From contig NZ_JBDVLG010000056.1 of NCBI RefSeq assembly GCF_039970775.1, forward strand, positions 472-64,471: a stretch of DNA of 64,000 nucleotides. Reading direction: 5' to 3'. Numbering within the stretch: position 1 is the stretch's first letter; each line of letters begins with the position of its first letter. Positions 30,225-40,256 of this stretch are shown in pieces. The DNA comes from Roseobacter sp. GTDB lineage: Bacteria > Pseudomonadota > Alphaproteobacteria > Rhodobacterales > Rhodobacteraceae. Below the pieces are notes generated by a model. The model ran no database searches. It was not told the DNA's origin and was given only the letters and a program-made list of their open reading frames with translations. The position numbers were made by a program, and so were the translations under genes.

Positions 30225-31070
30225 TTATCGTTGCGATGGATGCCAAAAGGTCACCCGTTGTTCTATCACTGCCATCACACCATAAAGCGCGGACCCTGCG
30301 ATCGCGGCTATGATAATTTCTGCCCAGACCATGTCCATGGCCAACTGACCGACGGACGTCGAAATGCGGAACCCCATCCCCACTGTCGGAGAGCCAAAGA
30401 ATTCGGCCACAATCGCCCCGATCAGGGCCAAGGTTGTCGCCAGCTTCAGCCCGTTGAAAATAAAGGGCATTGCCGCTGGCAGGCGCAGTTTGAAAAGGGT
30501 CGGCCAATAGCCCGCGCCATAGGTGCGCATCAGATCGCGCTGCATCACGCTGGTGTCTTTGAGACCCGCAACCGTGTTTACAAGGATCGGGAAAAACACC
30601 ATCACCCCGACCACGGCCGCCTTTGACTGCCAATCACTGCCCAGCCATTTAACGAAAATCGGCGCTGTGCCAACAATGGGCAATGCCGCCATGAACGCCC
30701 CCACCGGCAAGATACCTTTGGTCAAAAACGGCGACCGATCCGCGAGGATCGCCACCACAAAGGCTGCGATCATACCCACGACGTACCCCGTGAGCGCACC
30801 TTTCAGGATGGTCTGTTCAAAGTCCGCCCACAGCAGATGTAACGACCCAGCAAAGCGCACAATAATCGCCGATGGCGGCGGCAATATCACCGCACTAACG
30901 TCCAGCATTTGCACCAAGATTTCCCACATCGCGATGATAGTCACACCAAAGATCAGCGGGATCAGAAACCGGATAGAGCGCGTATCAGACGCCGCCGAGT
31001 GAGACAGCCGCGCATTCAACCACCATCCGGCCGCCCAGATCGCACCGGCGTATATCCATGCCATGATCAT
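30225..31070 (-). CDS. ABC transporter permease
   Basis: KLRLPAAMPFIFNGLK and GAIVAEFF; ATG 31070 overlaps the upstream stop. Confidence 0.88.
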   Translation of the reverse strand: MIMAWIYAGAIWAAGWWLNARLSHSAASDTRSIRFLIPLIFGVTIIAMWEILVQMLDVSAVILPPPSAIIVRFAGSLHLLWADFEQTILKGALTGYVVGMIAAFVVAILADRSPFLTKGILPVGAFMAALPIVGTAPIFVKWLGSDWQSKAAVVGVMVFFPILVNTVAGLKDTSVMQRDLMRTYGAGYWPTLFKLRLPAAMPFIFNGLKLATTLALIGAIVAEFFGSPTVGMGFRISTSVGQLAMDMVWAEIIIAAIAGSALYGVMAVIEQRVTFWHPSQR

Positions 31071-31987
31071 GCTGCCTGCATCCCCATTTGCTTGAGCGTC
31101 TGCCGTTCGATCAGGCTGAGTAGTGCCACCAAAGCGGCGGCTGTCAGGGCGGCTGCAAACAACGCAGCCCACGTCACGAGCGGCTGGCCATATTGGTCGC
31201 CCACCAACATCCGTGCGCCGAACCCCGCCCGTGCGCCTGTTGGCAATTCGCCCACAATCGCACCGACCAAGGCCGCAGAAATACCTATCTTGAGGGACGC
31301 AAACAGATAGGGTGTAGAGGCCGGCAACCGCAGTTTCCAAAAGGCTTGGTTCGCGTTGGCATTATATGTACGCAGCAGGTCCAACTGCATCGTATCGGGG
31401 CTGCGCAGACCTTTGACCATGCCGACAACCACCGGAAAGAAACTAAGGTAAGCCGAAATAATCGATTTGGGCAAAAGCCCCTGAATGCCAATAGCGCCCA
31501 ACATCACAATGATCATCGGCGCCAAGGCCAAGATCGGGATGGTCTGAGATGTGATCGCCCACGGCATCACTGATTTGTCCATCGTGCGATTGTACACAAT
31601 GCCAACCGCCAGCACGATCCCCAGCGTTGTGCCCATCGCAAACCCCAGCAAGGTCGCGGATAAAGTCACCCAACCATGAAACACCAACGACCGTTTTGAG
31701 GTTATCTTTTTGGCAAATACTGTGTCGTATAGCTCACCCACGACCTGATGCGGTGACGGCAAGCGGGGCCGTTTTTGCACAAAGGTCTGCGAGATGATCG
31801 CCGGGTTCATCACGGCCAGTGCCACACCGGTTAGTTCTTGACGTGCGGCAGGCGTTTCGGGGGTAACAATGACACCGTCGCGTGCCGCCTGATCTGCGGT
31901 CAAATGTGCGTTCATCGGGATAACGCAGGCCGTCCAGAAGGCGACGATCACAAGGATCACGGTCAAAACGGGCAAGATGCGGGTCAT
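31067..31987 (-). CDS. ABC transporter permease
   Basis: SQTIPILALAPM, KLRLPASTPYLFASLK and GAIVGELP. Confidence 0.88.
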   Translation of the reverse strand: MTRILPVLTVILVIVAFWTACVIPMNAHLTADQAARDGVIVTPETPAARQELTGVALAVMNPAIISQTFVQKRPRLPSPHQVVGELYDTVFAKKITSKRSLVFHGWVTLSATLLGFAMGTTLGIVLAVGIVYNRTMDKSVMPWAITSQTIPILALAPMIIVMLGAIGIQGLLPKSIISAYLSFFPVVVGMVKGLRSPDTMQLDLLRTYNANANQAFWKLRLPASTPYLFASLKIGISAALVGAIVGELPTGARAGFGARMLVGDQYGQPLVTWAALFAAALTAAALVALLSLIERQTLKQMGMQAA

Positions 31988-32074
31988 CTGTAACGCCCCC
32001 CTGCGGTTTTAGTGGTATCACCCGCCCGTTTGGTGCGTACCGATGCACGGACTGCGGCGTGTGTTGTGCGCAGG

Positions 32075-32848
32075 TTACGCATCCGTGTGCCCCGCGCGCA
32101 GCCCATCCCGGACCCGGTGGGAAATTTCGATAAATTCCGGGCTGTCGCGAATATCGAGCGGGCGTTCACGCGGCAGCGGGCTTTCGATCACGTCAGAGAT
32201 CCGACCGGGGCGCGGGCTCATCACAACGATCTTTGTGGACAAATACACCGCTTCAGGGATCGAATGGGTCACAAAGCCGATGGTTTTTTCTGTTCGGGCC
32301 CAAAGGCCTAGCAGCTGTTCGTTCAGATGGTCGCGCACGATCTCATCCAATGCGCCAAAAGGTTCGTCCATCAGCAAAATATCGGCATCAAACGCCAAAG
32401 CCCGCGCAATAGAGGCACGCTGCTGCATCCCGCCCGAAAGCTGCCACGGGAATTTCTTTTCAAATCCAGCCAGATCGACCAGATCCAACACCCGCGTCAC
32501 CCGTTCCGCCTGATCGGATTTGGAAAACCCCATGATCTCAAGCGGCAGTCGGATGTTGCCGCCGATGGTCCGCCACGGGTACAACCCTGCGGCCTGAAAC
32601 ACATAGCCATACGCCCGCGCACGGCGTGCTTCGTCGGGGGTCATCCCGTTGACACTGATCTCGCCAGAGGTCGGCGTTTCCAACCCCGCAATACACCGCA
32701 AAAACGTGGTTTTACCGCACCCAGATGGGCCAATAAACGAAACGAAATCGCCCTTTTCGATGGTCAGGCTAACCCCTTTGAGGGCATGAACCGGGCCATC
32801 GTTTGTCTCAAACGTCAGATCCAGATCTCGAGCTTGGATAAGTGTCAC
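32075..32848 (-). CDS. ABC transporter ATP-binding protein (SsuB/TauB-like)
   Basis: GPSGCGKTT, LSGGMQQR, DEPFGALD and FVTHS. Confidence 0.92.
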   Translation of the reverse strand: MTLIQARDLDLTFETNDGPVHALKGVSLTIEKGDFVSFIGPSGCGKTTFLRCIAGLETPTSGEISVNGMTPDEARRARAYGYVFQAAGLYPWRTIGGNIRLPLEIMGFSKSDQAERVTRVLDLVDLAGFEKKFPWQLSGGMQQRASIARALAFDADILLMDEPFGALDEIVRDHLNEQLLGLWARTEKTIGFVTHSIPEAVYLSTKIVVMSPRPGRISDVIESPLPRERPLDIRDSPEFIEISHRVRDGLRAGHTDA

Positions 32849-32921
32849 ACCGCGGTCCTTATTGTCACAAACAGACGCCCCAGGCAGGACGTCCGCGCAC
32901 CGTTACCACTAATCGAAACCA

Positions 32922-34376
32922 TCAGACACCCGTTTCCGGGATGCCTGTCCGCGTAACGGGACGCGGCGCAGTCAGCTCTTTCCACGATGACAGCGCCTTG
33001 TTGACGGTGCCGTTGCCCGCGCGTTTGACGAATTGGCCGTGCCCTTCTTGGGTGCGGATCTCGCCGTCATGAACCGCCACATGCCCACGTGTCAGGGTGA
33101 ACCGTGGCAGCCCCTTGACCTTCTGCCCCTCGAACACGTTGTAATCAATCGCAGATTGCTGGCTGCTGGCCTGAATGGTCTTTTCTTTTTCCGGGTCCCA
33201 CACAACCAGATCGGCGTCAGCCCCCACCAACACAGCCCCCTTTCGCGGATAGCAATTGAGGATCTTGGCAATATTCGTCGACGTCACGGCGACAAATTCA
33301 TTCGGCGTCAGGCGGCCCGTTGCAACACCGTGGGTCCACAGCATTGGCATCCGGTCTTCCAGCCCCCCCGTGCCGTTAGGAATTTTCGTGAAATCCCCCA
33401 CACCCGTGCGCTTTTGTTCGGTGGTAAAGGCGCAGTGATCGGTGGCCACCACGCTTAGGCTGCCCGCTTGCAACCCGGCCCACAGGCTGTCTTGGTGCTG
33501 CTTGTTGCGAAAGGGCGGTGACATGACGCGGCGCGCGGCGTGGTCCCAATCGGCGTTGAAATATTCGCTTTCGTCCAACGTGAGGTGCTGGATCAACGGC
33601 TCGCCCCAGACACGTTTGCCCTGTTGACGCGCCCGGCGAATGGCCTCGTGGCTTTCCTCGCAAGAGGTATGCACCACATAAAGCGGCACCCCGGCCATAT
33701 CGGCGATCATAATCGCGCGGTTGGTTGCTTCGCCTTCCACTTGCGGCGGGCGGGAATAGGCATGCGCCTCTGGCCCGGTGTTGCCCTGCGCCAGTAGTTT
33801 CGCGGACAGTTCTGCGATCACATCGCCGTTTTCGGCGTGCACCATTGCAATGCCGCCCAATTCAGACAAGCGGTTGAAAGACGCGTATAGTTCATCGTCA
33901 TTCACCATCAACGCTCCTTTATAGGCCAAGAAGTGCTTGAACGTGTTGATCCCACGATCCTTGATCACGCTTTCCATTTCGTTGAAGACCTGCTCGCCCC
34001 ACCATGTCACGGCCATATGGAACGAATAGTCGCAATTGGCGCGGGTTGATTTGTTGTCCCACATCTTGAGCGCGTCATGCAGGCCCTGCCCCGGTGACGG
34101 CAGCGCAAAATCGATGACCATCGTTGTGCCACCGGCCAATGCCGCGCGGGTGCCGCTCTCGAAATCATCCGACGAATAGGTGCCCATAAACGGCATCTCG
34201 AGATGGGTATGCGGGTCAATCCCACCCGGCATGACATAGCACCCCGTCGCATCCAGCGAGACATCACCTTGCAGGTTTGGGCCAATTTCAACGATCTTGC
34301 CGTCTTCGATCAAGACATCGGCCTTGTACGTCAGGTCATGGGTGACGATGGTGCCGTTTTTGATGACTTTACTCAT
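32922..34376 (-). CDS. hydA: Dihydropyrimidinase
   Basis: GGIDPHTH, FKHFLAYK, MVHAENG, YVVH and ATDHC; start MSKVIK at 34376. Confidence 0.93.
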   Translation of the reverse strand: MSKVIKNGTIVTHDLTYKADVLIEDGKIVEIGPNLQGDVSLDATGCYVMPGGIDPHTHLEMPFMGTYSSDDFESGTRAALAGGTTMVIDFALPSPGQGLHDALKMWDNKSTRANCDYSFHMAVTWWGEQVFNEMESVIKDRGINTFKHFLAYKGALMVNDDELYASFNRLSELGGIAMVHAENGDVIAELSAKLLAQGNTGPEAHAYSRPPQVEGEATNRAIMIADMAGVPLYVVHTSCEESHEAIRRARQQGKRVWGEPLIQHLTLDESEYFNADWDHAARRVMSPPFRNKQHQDSLWAGLQAGSLSVVATDHCAFTTEQKRTGVGDFTKIPNGTGGLEDRMPMLWTHGVATGRLTPNEFVAVTSTNIAKILNCYPRKGAVLVGADADLVVWDPEKEKTIQASSQQSAIDYNVFEGQKVKGLPRFTLTRGHVAVHDGEIRTQEGHGQFVKRAGNGTVNKALSSWKELTAPRPVTRTGIPETGV

Positions 34377-34422
34377 GCTGGGTCTCCGTTCGTATTCTGT
34401 GCGTTGTGGTTCGAGCCGCGGC

Positions 34423-35673
34423 TTATCCGACCACTTGCGCTGTTTCCAAAACCGCGTGCAGCAACACATCCGCACCCGCGGCCGCCCATTGCGGCGATAT
34501 TTCTTCGGCCTCGTTGTGGCTTAGACCATCCACGCAGGGGCACATAACCATCGCAGTTGGCGCCACGCGGTTGACCCAACACGCGTCATGACCCGCCCCA
34601 GAGATCAGGTTCATATGGCTATAGCCCAGGCTTTCAGCCGCGTTGCGAACGGCTGCCACGCAGGTCTCGTCAAAGCTGACGGGGTCAAACCCACCGACCT
34701 TTTCAAAGGCGATTTCCATGCCCATATCATCCGCAATTTTGGTGGCCTCCGCGCGCAGGCGGGTTTCCATATCCAAAATCACGTCCAAGCTTGGCGACCG
34801 GAAATCAACGGTAAAAACCACCTTACCGGGGATCACATTGCGCGAATTGGGGTACACATCGATGTGGCCCGCGGCACCTACCGCATGCGGCGCGTGGCTC
34901 CATGCGATTTCGTCGACTTTTTCAAGAATGCGCGACATCGCCAGCCCTGCGTTTTTGCGCATGGGCATCGGCGTTGACCCGGTGTGGCTGTCTTTGCCGA
35001 TCACTGTGATCTGCGTCCAACTTAGGCCCTGACCATGGGTCACGACACCGATCTCTTTGTTTTCCGCCTCCAGTATGGGGCCTTGTTCAATGTGAAGCTC
35101 AAAGAAGGCGTGCATTTTACGCGCACCCGTTTCTTCGTCGCCGCGCCACCCGATACGTTTGAGCTCGTCTCCAAACGTCTTTCCTTCGGCATCGGTGCGG
35201 GCATAGGCCCAATCTTGGGTGTGCAGCCCCGCGAAAACGCCCGACGACAACATCGCAGGCGCAAACCGCGTGCCTTCTTCATTGGTGAAATTTGTCACCA
35301 CGATGGGGTGTTTGGTTTTGATATCCAGATCATTCAACGTGCGAATAAGCTCGAGCCCACCGAGAACGCCCAAAATGCCATCGTATTTCCCGCCGGTCGG
35401 CTGGGTATCAAGGTGGCTGCCAACATAGACAGGCAATGCGGTTGCGTCGGTCCCCGGCCGGGTCGCGAACATATTGCCCATCTGGTCAAGACCCATGGTG
35501 CAGCCCGCCGCCTCGCACCACTTTTGAAACAACGCGCGCCCTTCGGCGTCTTCGTCTGTGACGGTCTGGCGATTGTTGCCACCTGCCACACCGGGACCGA
35601 TAGCAGCCATATCCATCAGGCTATCCCACAAGCGTTCGCCGTTGATTCTAAGGTTCTTTCCAGCAATACTCAT
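34423..35673 (-). CDS. Beta-ureidopropionase / N-carbamoyl-amino acid hydrolase (M20 Zn hydrolase)
   Basis: GSHLDTQPTGGKYDG, NEEG, ELHIEQGP and SGAGHDA; start MSIAGK at 35673. Confidence 0.9.
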   Translation of the reverse strand: MSIAGKNLRINGERLWDSLMDMAAIGPGVAGGNNRQTVTDEDAEGRALFQKWCEAAGCTMGLDQMGNMFATRPGTDATALPVYVGSHLDTQPTGGKYDGILGVLGGLELIRTLNDLDIKTKHPIVVTNFTNEEGTRFAPAMLSSGVFAGLHTQDWAYARTDAEGKTFGDELKRIGWRGDEETGARKMHAFFELHIEQGPILEAENKEIGVVTHGQGLSWTQITVIGKDSHTGSTPMPMRKNAGLAMSRILEKVDEIAWSHAPHAVGAAGHIDVYPNSRNVIPGKVVFTVDFRSPSLDVILDMETRLRAEATKIADDMGMEIAFEKVGGFDPVSFDETCVAAVRNAAESLGYSHMNLISGAGHDACWVNRVAPTAMVMCPCVDGLSHNEAEEISPQWAAAGADVLLHAVLETAQVVG

Positions 35674-35710
35674 TCGGTGCTCCATTGGTCCCTGAGCCGG
35701 TAGATTTATT

Positions 35711-35726
35711 TTGACCAACCGGTAAA
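35711..35726. promoter_or_regulatory. RutR-type operator
   Basis: TTGACC-AACC-GGTAAA, close to the TTGACC-N4-GGTCAA RutR consensus, between the hydrolase and the TetR gene. Confidence 0.72.
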
Positions 35727-35850
35727 AAAGAACGCTAACAGAGGACTGGAGTGTGTCAAGTATTTTGCCTAAACCCACGCAATCCCCGTGGTAATTGCCA
35801 AAAGTTAATGCACTTAATGAGGCCCGCGCCCCCAGGAGCAAACAAAACGC

Positions 35851-36462
35851 ATGTCAAAGACGCAGACCCGCATACAGCTTAAAAATAACGCAGCAATATT
35901 GGCGGCGGGCTTGAACGTATTTTCGCAATTTGGCTTCAGGGGGTCGACCCTGGATCAGATCGCCAAAGAGGCCGGGCTGTCCAAGCCGAACCTCATCTAT
36001 TATTTCGCGTCCAAAGATGCGATCTACCGCGCGCTTTTAGACCAACTGCTCGAAGATTGGCTGGAGCCGATTTACACCATCGACGAAGACGGCGACCCGG
36101 TTGCGGAAATCACCGCCTATGCGAAACGCAAATTGGCCATGAGCCAACATTACCCCCGCGAAAGTCGCCTGTTTGCCAATGAGGTTATTCAGGGCGCGCC
36201 GCAGATTGGCGACACATTACGCGGGGAACTGCGCCGCGTGGTCGGGCGCCTTGTCGGCGCCATCGAGCGGTGGATCCAAGAGGGTAAAATACGCCCCGTA
36301 GAGCCGCATCATCTGATTTTCTCGATTTGGTCAATCACGCAGCACTACGCCGATTTCGACGTGCAAGTGCGTGCAATCCTGAAAGACACAGACCCTTTTC
36401 CGGGGGCTGAAACGCATCTGGAAGAAATGCTGCACCGGATGCTCTCAATCGATACAGGCTAA
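35851..36462 (+). CDS. rutR: TetR-family regulator, RutR type
   Basis: GFRGSTLDQIAKEAGLSKPNLIYYF, ESRLFANE and IWSITQHYADF; divergent from the pyrimidine catabolism genes. Confidence 0.85.
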   Translation: MSKTQTRIQLKNNAAILAAGLNVFSQFGFRGSTLDQIAKEAGLSKPNLIYYFASKDAIYRALLDQLLEDWLEPIYTIDEDGDPVAEITAYAKRKLAMSQHYPRESRLFANEVIQGAPQIGDTLRGELRRVVGRLVGAIERWIQEGKIRPVEPHHLIFSIWSITQHYADFDVQVRAILKDTDPFPGAETHLEEMLHRMLSIDTG

Positions 36463-36624
36463 CGTTGCAGCACGTACAGGCAGTGTCACACCCGCATCTC
36501 ACAGCGGCACCAACGGTCCAAGCGACGTTGATGATCTCGCGGTCATCAATGGCCAACATATTTGAACAGGCGCGTGGCCCTCAGGGTGGTATGGCCGCCC
36601 ATATTTGAGCGACCATAAATCGGC

Positions 36625-36987
36625 TTAGCCGAAGATATAGAAGGCAAGTTTGTTGCCGTCTAGGTCGCGCACGTAGGCGCCATAAAAGACGTCGTCGATA
36701 CGTTGGCCGGGTGCGCCTTCATCTGTTGCACCAAGCGAAAGTGCCTTGGCATGCAGCGCGTTCACTTCGTCTTTGGACGACGCGGAAAACGCGATCATGG
36801 CGCCGTTGCCGCACGATGGCGCTTCACCGTTGAAGGGTTCGCAAACCGCAATCATTGGTGCGTCCATTGTCTTGCCGATCATCGCCAAGCGGCCGATGTC
36901 CACGTGTACGGTGGCGTCGAACAGATCGCAGTAGAATTTTTTTGCCACATCGATGTCTTTTACACCAATCGTTGAATAACCAATCAT
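36625..36987 (-). CDS. VOC/glyoxalase family protein
   Basis: MIGYSTIGVKD, GNGAMIAF, GATDEGAPG and YVRDLDGNKL; GGAGA RBS. Confidence 0.88.
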   Translation of the reverse strand: MIGYSTIGVKDIDVAKKFYCDLFDATVHVDIGRLAMIGKTMDAPMIAVCEPFNGEAPSCGNGAMIAFSASSKDEVNALHAKALSLGATDEGAPGQRIDDVFYGAYVRDLDGNKLAFYIFG

Positions 36988-37295
36988 GAGAATCTCCATT
37001 TGTGTTGACTGTGATCAACCTACTAGAAGGTTGACGCGCATACTGCAAGAGCAAGTCGCACCCTCACCAGATTGTCATCCACCGATTTCGGGCGCTCCGG
37101 CTGCAACCACAGGTTAAAAATCAGGTAAAATGAAATTCAATTTATGCCTTCAAGTCAAAGGCCATTCCCACAAGGGTGCCTTCATTTTTCATTCACCATC
37201 TTGCCACTTTTTAAGGCGGTATATCGCCTCAATTCAACGATTTTAAATAGTATTGAATTAGCCCCATTGTCGCACTAAGCGGCGAGGGAAAATTC

Positions 37296-40133
37296 ATGGC
37301 GAATAAAATTGCCACTGAAGAAACATGTTTGTTTTGGCGTTACACGCGGCGATACTTATTCGCCATGGCGTTGGTAAGTGGCGCGATTCTCGTGGGCGCT
37401 TATCACGTCAATCAGGTGCTTGAACTCAACAGGCGTGCAGGTGCCGTCATCAGCACCGCGGCCGCACAACACACGTTGGCCCAACGGCTTGTGCTAATCC
37501 CTGATCGCATCGCATCGCAAACCAATAACTACACAAAAAGCCAGATGTTGCGTGCCGCCCGCGACGTGGTTCAAGAAATGCGTGCAGGTCATGCGTTTTT
37601 AATGACCGGCGACAATTCGATAGCCCCCCCCGCCCGCGCCTCCGAGACGCTTGAACAACTCTACCTCGCTGGTGGTCAACGACTGGAACGCACGGTGGGT
37701 CGGTTTCTGGATACTTACGAGAAATACCTCGAAGATCCTGATGCCAATTGGGCTATTATCAATGTGGAACGGGTCAATGTCGAAAACTTCCTTATGGTTA
37801 CGCTCGAACGTGCCGCAGATTTACACGCCGAAGTGGCCGAAGGGAAAATGGACAGGGCAATTGAATTGCACCGCATCTGGATCGCTGTCGCGCTCGCGCT
37901 GGTTGGTTTTGTGGTTCTATTCGTGTTTCGCCCCCTCGCGCGCGACGCCGCACGGGCCGTCGGAACAATAAGCGCCGAACTTGACGACCGGGCAGTTTTA
38001 CTTTCGCGGTCTTTTACAATCGCGAAGCTTGGTCACTGGCGAATAGCAGATCAAACATCCAGTGAGGTATGGTTATCGAAAGAGGTTATCGACCTTCTTG
38101 AACTGGATCTAGAAGAGGGCGCGCATCCCCTTTTTGTACTTCAATTCGACACTCAAAATGGGGCCCGCGATACAGCAACCGCCGCTTTGCAAGACGTTTG
38201 GGAAACGGGCCATCGCTCCATCGCACGCTCAACGTACGAAAAACTCAATGGCGATCATCTGGAATTGGTTATCCACATGGATGCCGAAATCGATACATCG
38301 GGCAATGTAGTAGCCGTTGTGGGGGTGATAACGGACCGCACATCAGAAACGGCAGCCGATCAGGCATTGATCGACAGTTACGAAGTGATCGAACGAAAAT
38401 CGCATGATTTGGTCGAAGCCCAACGTTTGGGCAAGCTAGGGACATGGCGGCACGTGATCGGAACACATAGATTGGAGTGGGACGAGAGCGCATTCGAATT
38501 GTTGGGCATGGATCCCACCCGTTTTGAGACATCTATAGATAACGTAAATCGTTTATTCCTTGAGGGCGATCTCGGGCGCGTGACCCAACTTACGGAACGT
38601 GCAATCACCACGGGGCAGTCCCAATCAGATACGGTTCAGGCGTATCGCGGCGATGGCTCAGTTGTCGATTTGCACATCCGTTTCAAGCTTGAATGTGATG
38701 AACATGAAAAACCCCTTGCGGTATTCGGGACCTTGCAAGACGTTTCCAAACAACGTGCCGCCGCGCGAGAATTAGAGCAATTGGCCTATTTTGATGGGTT
38801 GACCGGATTGGCAAACCGCACACTTTTTTCCCGCGAGTTGAACCGTGTCAGTAAAGCTTGCGCAGAAATCAAGCATCAGGCTGCGTTACTTCTCATCGAT
38901 TTGGATCATTTCAAAGAGGTCAACGACACGTTAGGCCATCAAGCTGGCGACGAACTCCTCGGGGTGGTCGGGCACCGGCTGGCCAAAGTTTTTTCAGACA
39001 TTGGGTTTGTCGCGAGACTGGGCGGAGACGAATTCGCCGTGATCGTCGAGCATGATATTTCCACCGCAAAGATCGACAGCCTATGCCAAGACATCATAAC
39101 GAACATCAGCTTGCCGGTCTCGCTGTCCTTGGGCAAGGTGCAAACCAACGCAAGCATCGGGGTTGCGCTTGCACCGCTTCATTCTGTCGAACCAGACGAA
39201 TTGCTCAGCTTCGCAGACCTCGCACTTTACTCATCCAAAGAGCAAGGTCGCGGCAGAGCTTGCTACTATACAGAAAACTTCAGCACGGCACTTGAGACCA
39301 GAATATCGCTTGGCAATAAGATACGTCGCGCCATCGACAAAAAACGGTTCGAAGTCCACTATCAACCGTTGGTAGACATCCGCACGCAAACCGTCTGCAG
39401 TTTTGAGGCCTTACTCAGACTACCGAATGGCGATGGCGGATACATCCCCCCATCAGAATTCATCGCGGTTGCCGAAAGCTCGCACCTGATCGCGGATCTT
39501 GGCACTTTCGTTTTACATAAAGCCTGTGAGGATGCGCAATCTTGGGTGGCGTCGGGCCAACCTCGGCGCACGGTATCCGTCAACGTTTCGCCCGCGCAAA
39601 TCTGGCATGGTGATCTGGAACAAGTCATCGACAGCGCGTTGAACGCCTCAGGCCTCAGCCCTGATTTATTATGTCTTGAGCTGACGGAAAGTGTTTTTGT
39701 GGCAGACAGTATTGAAAGACTGAACGGCATCCTTTGCCGGCTGCATCAAAGAGGTATCCGCCTTGCGCTTGATGATTTCGGGACAGGCTATTCGTCTTTA
39801 GGGTATCTGACCCGCCTGCCCTTTGACATCTTAAAAATCGATCGCATGTTTGTATCCAAAGCGCATGCAAGCGCCGAAAAAAGAAAAATGCTGCGCGGGG
39901 TGGTAAGCTTGGCAAAGGGGCTCGACTTGAAAGTCACGGCAGAAGGTGTCGAAACGGCAGAAGAATTGAATTTGGTACGCGATCTGGGCTGCGATACCAT
40001 TCAAGGGTGGTATTTTAGCAAAGCGCTCCCCAACGCTCAGGCCTTGGTCAACGCAGAACGTATTGACACGCAACGGTCGATGACCATCCCCGATACGCCC
40101 AAGAACCTGTACAAAGGCGGCTCACTCAGCTGA
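37296..40133 (+). CDS. Membrane sensor (PilJ/NarX-like periplasmic domain)-PAS-GGDEF-EAL protein
   Basis: Two TM segments, ISTAAAQHTLAQRL, PAS-like repeats, DGLTGLANR, RLGGDEF, FEALLR, ELTES, DDFGTGYSSL and AEGVET. Confidence 0.92.
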   Translation: MANKIATEETCLFWRYTRRYLFAMALVSGAILVGAYHVNQVLELNRRAGAVISTAAAQHTLAQRLVLIPDRIASQTNNYTKSQMLRAARDVVQEMRAGHAFLMTGDNSIAPPARASETLEQLYLAGGQRLERTVGRFLDTYEKYLEDPDANWAIINVERVNVENFLMVTLERAADLHAEVAEGKMDRAIELHRIWIAVALALVGFVVLFVFRPLARDAARAVGTISAELDDRAVLLSRSFTIAKLGHWRIADQTSSEVWLSKEVIDLLELDLEEGAHPLFVLQFDTQNGARDTATAALQDVWETGHRSIARSTYEKLNGDHLELVIHMDAEIDTSGNVVAVVGVITDRTSETAADQALIDSYEVIERKSHDLVEAQRLGKLGTWRHVIGTHRLEWDESAFELLGMDPTRFETSIDNVNRLFLEGDLGRVTQLTERAITTGQSQSDTVQAYRGDGSVVDLHIRFKLECDEHEKPLAVFGTLQDVSKQRAAARELEQLAYFDGLTGLANRTLFSRELNRVSKACAEIKHQAALLLIDLDHFKEVNDTLGHQAGDELLGVVGHRLAKVFSDIGFVARLGGDEFAVIVEHDISTAKIDSLCQDIITNISLPVSLSLGKVQTNASIGVALAPLHSVEPDELLSFADLALYSSKEQGRGRACYYTENFSTALETRISLGNKIRRAIDKKRFEVHYQPLVDIRTQTVCSFEALLRLPNGDGGYIPPSEFIAVAESSHLIADLGTFVLHKACEDAQSWVASGQPRRTVSVNVSPAQIWHGDLEQVIDSALNASGLSPDLLCLELTESVFVADSIERLNGILCRLHQRGIRLALDDFGTGYSSLGYLTRLPFDILKIDRMFVSKAHASAEKRKMLRGVVSLAKGLDLKVTAEGVETAEELNLVRDLGCDTIQGWYFSKALPNAQALVNAERIDTQRSMTIPDTPKNLYKGGSLS

Positions 40134-40256
40134 ACCAATCTGCACAACCCCCCGCGCTGCCTGCAAAATCAACCCGGGTCAACGATACGTTGGAAAGTCG
40201 CGCGCAACCAATGCGAACCACCGTCTAGATCACCGGGCCCAGACGGCGCGCGCATC

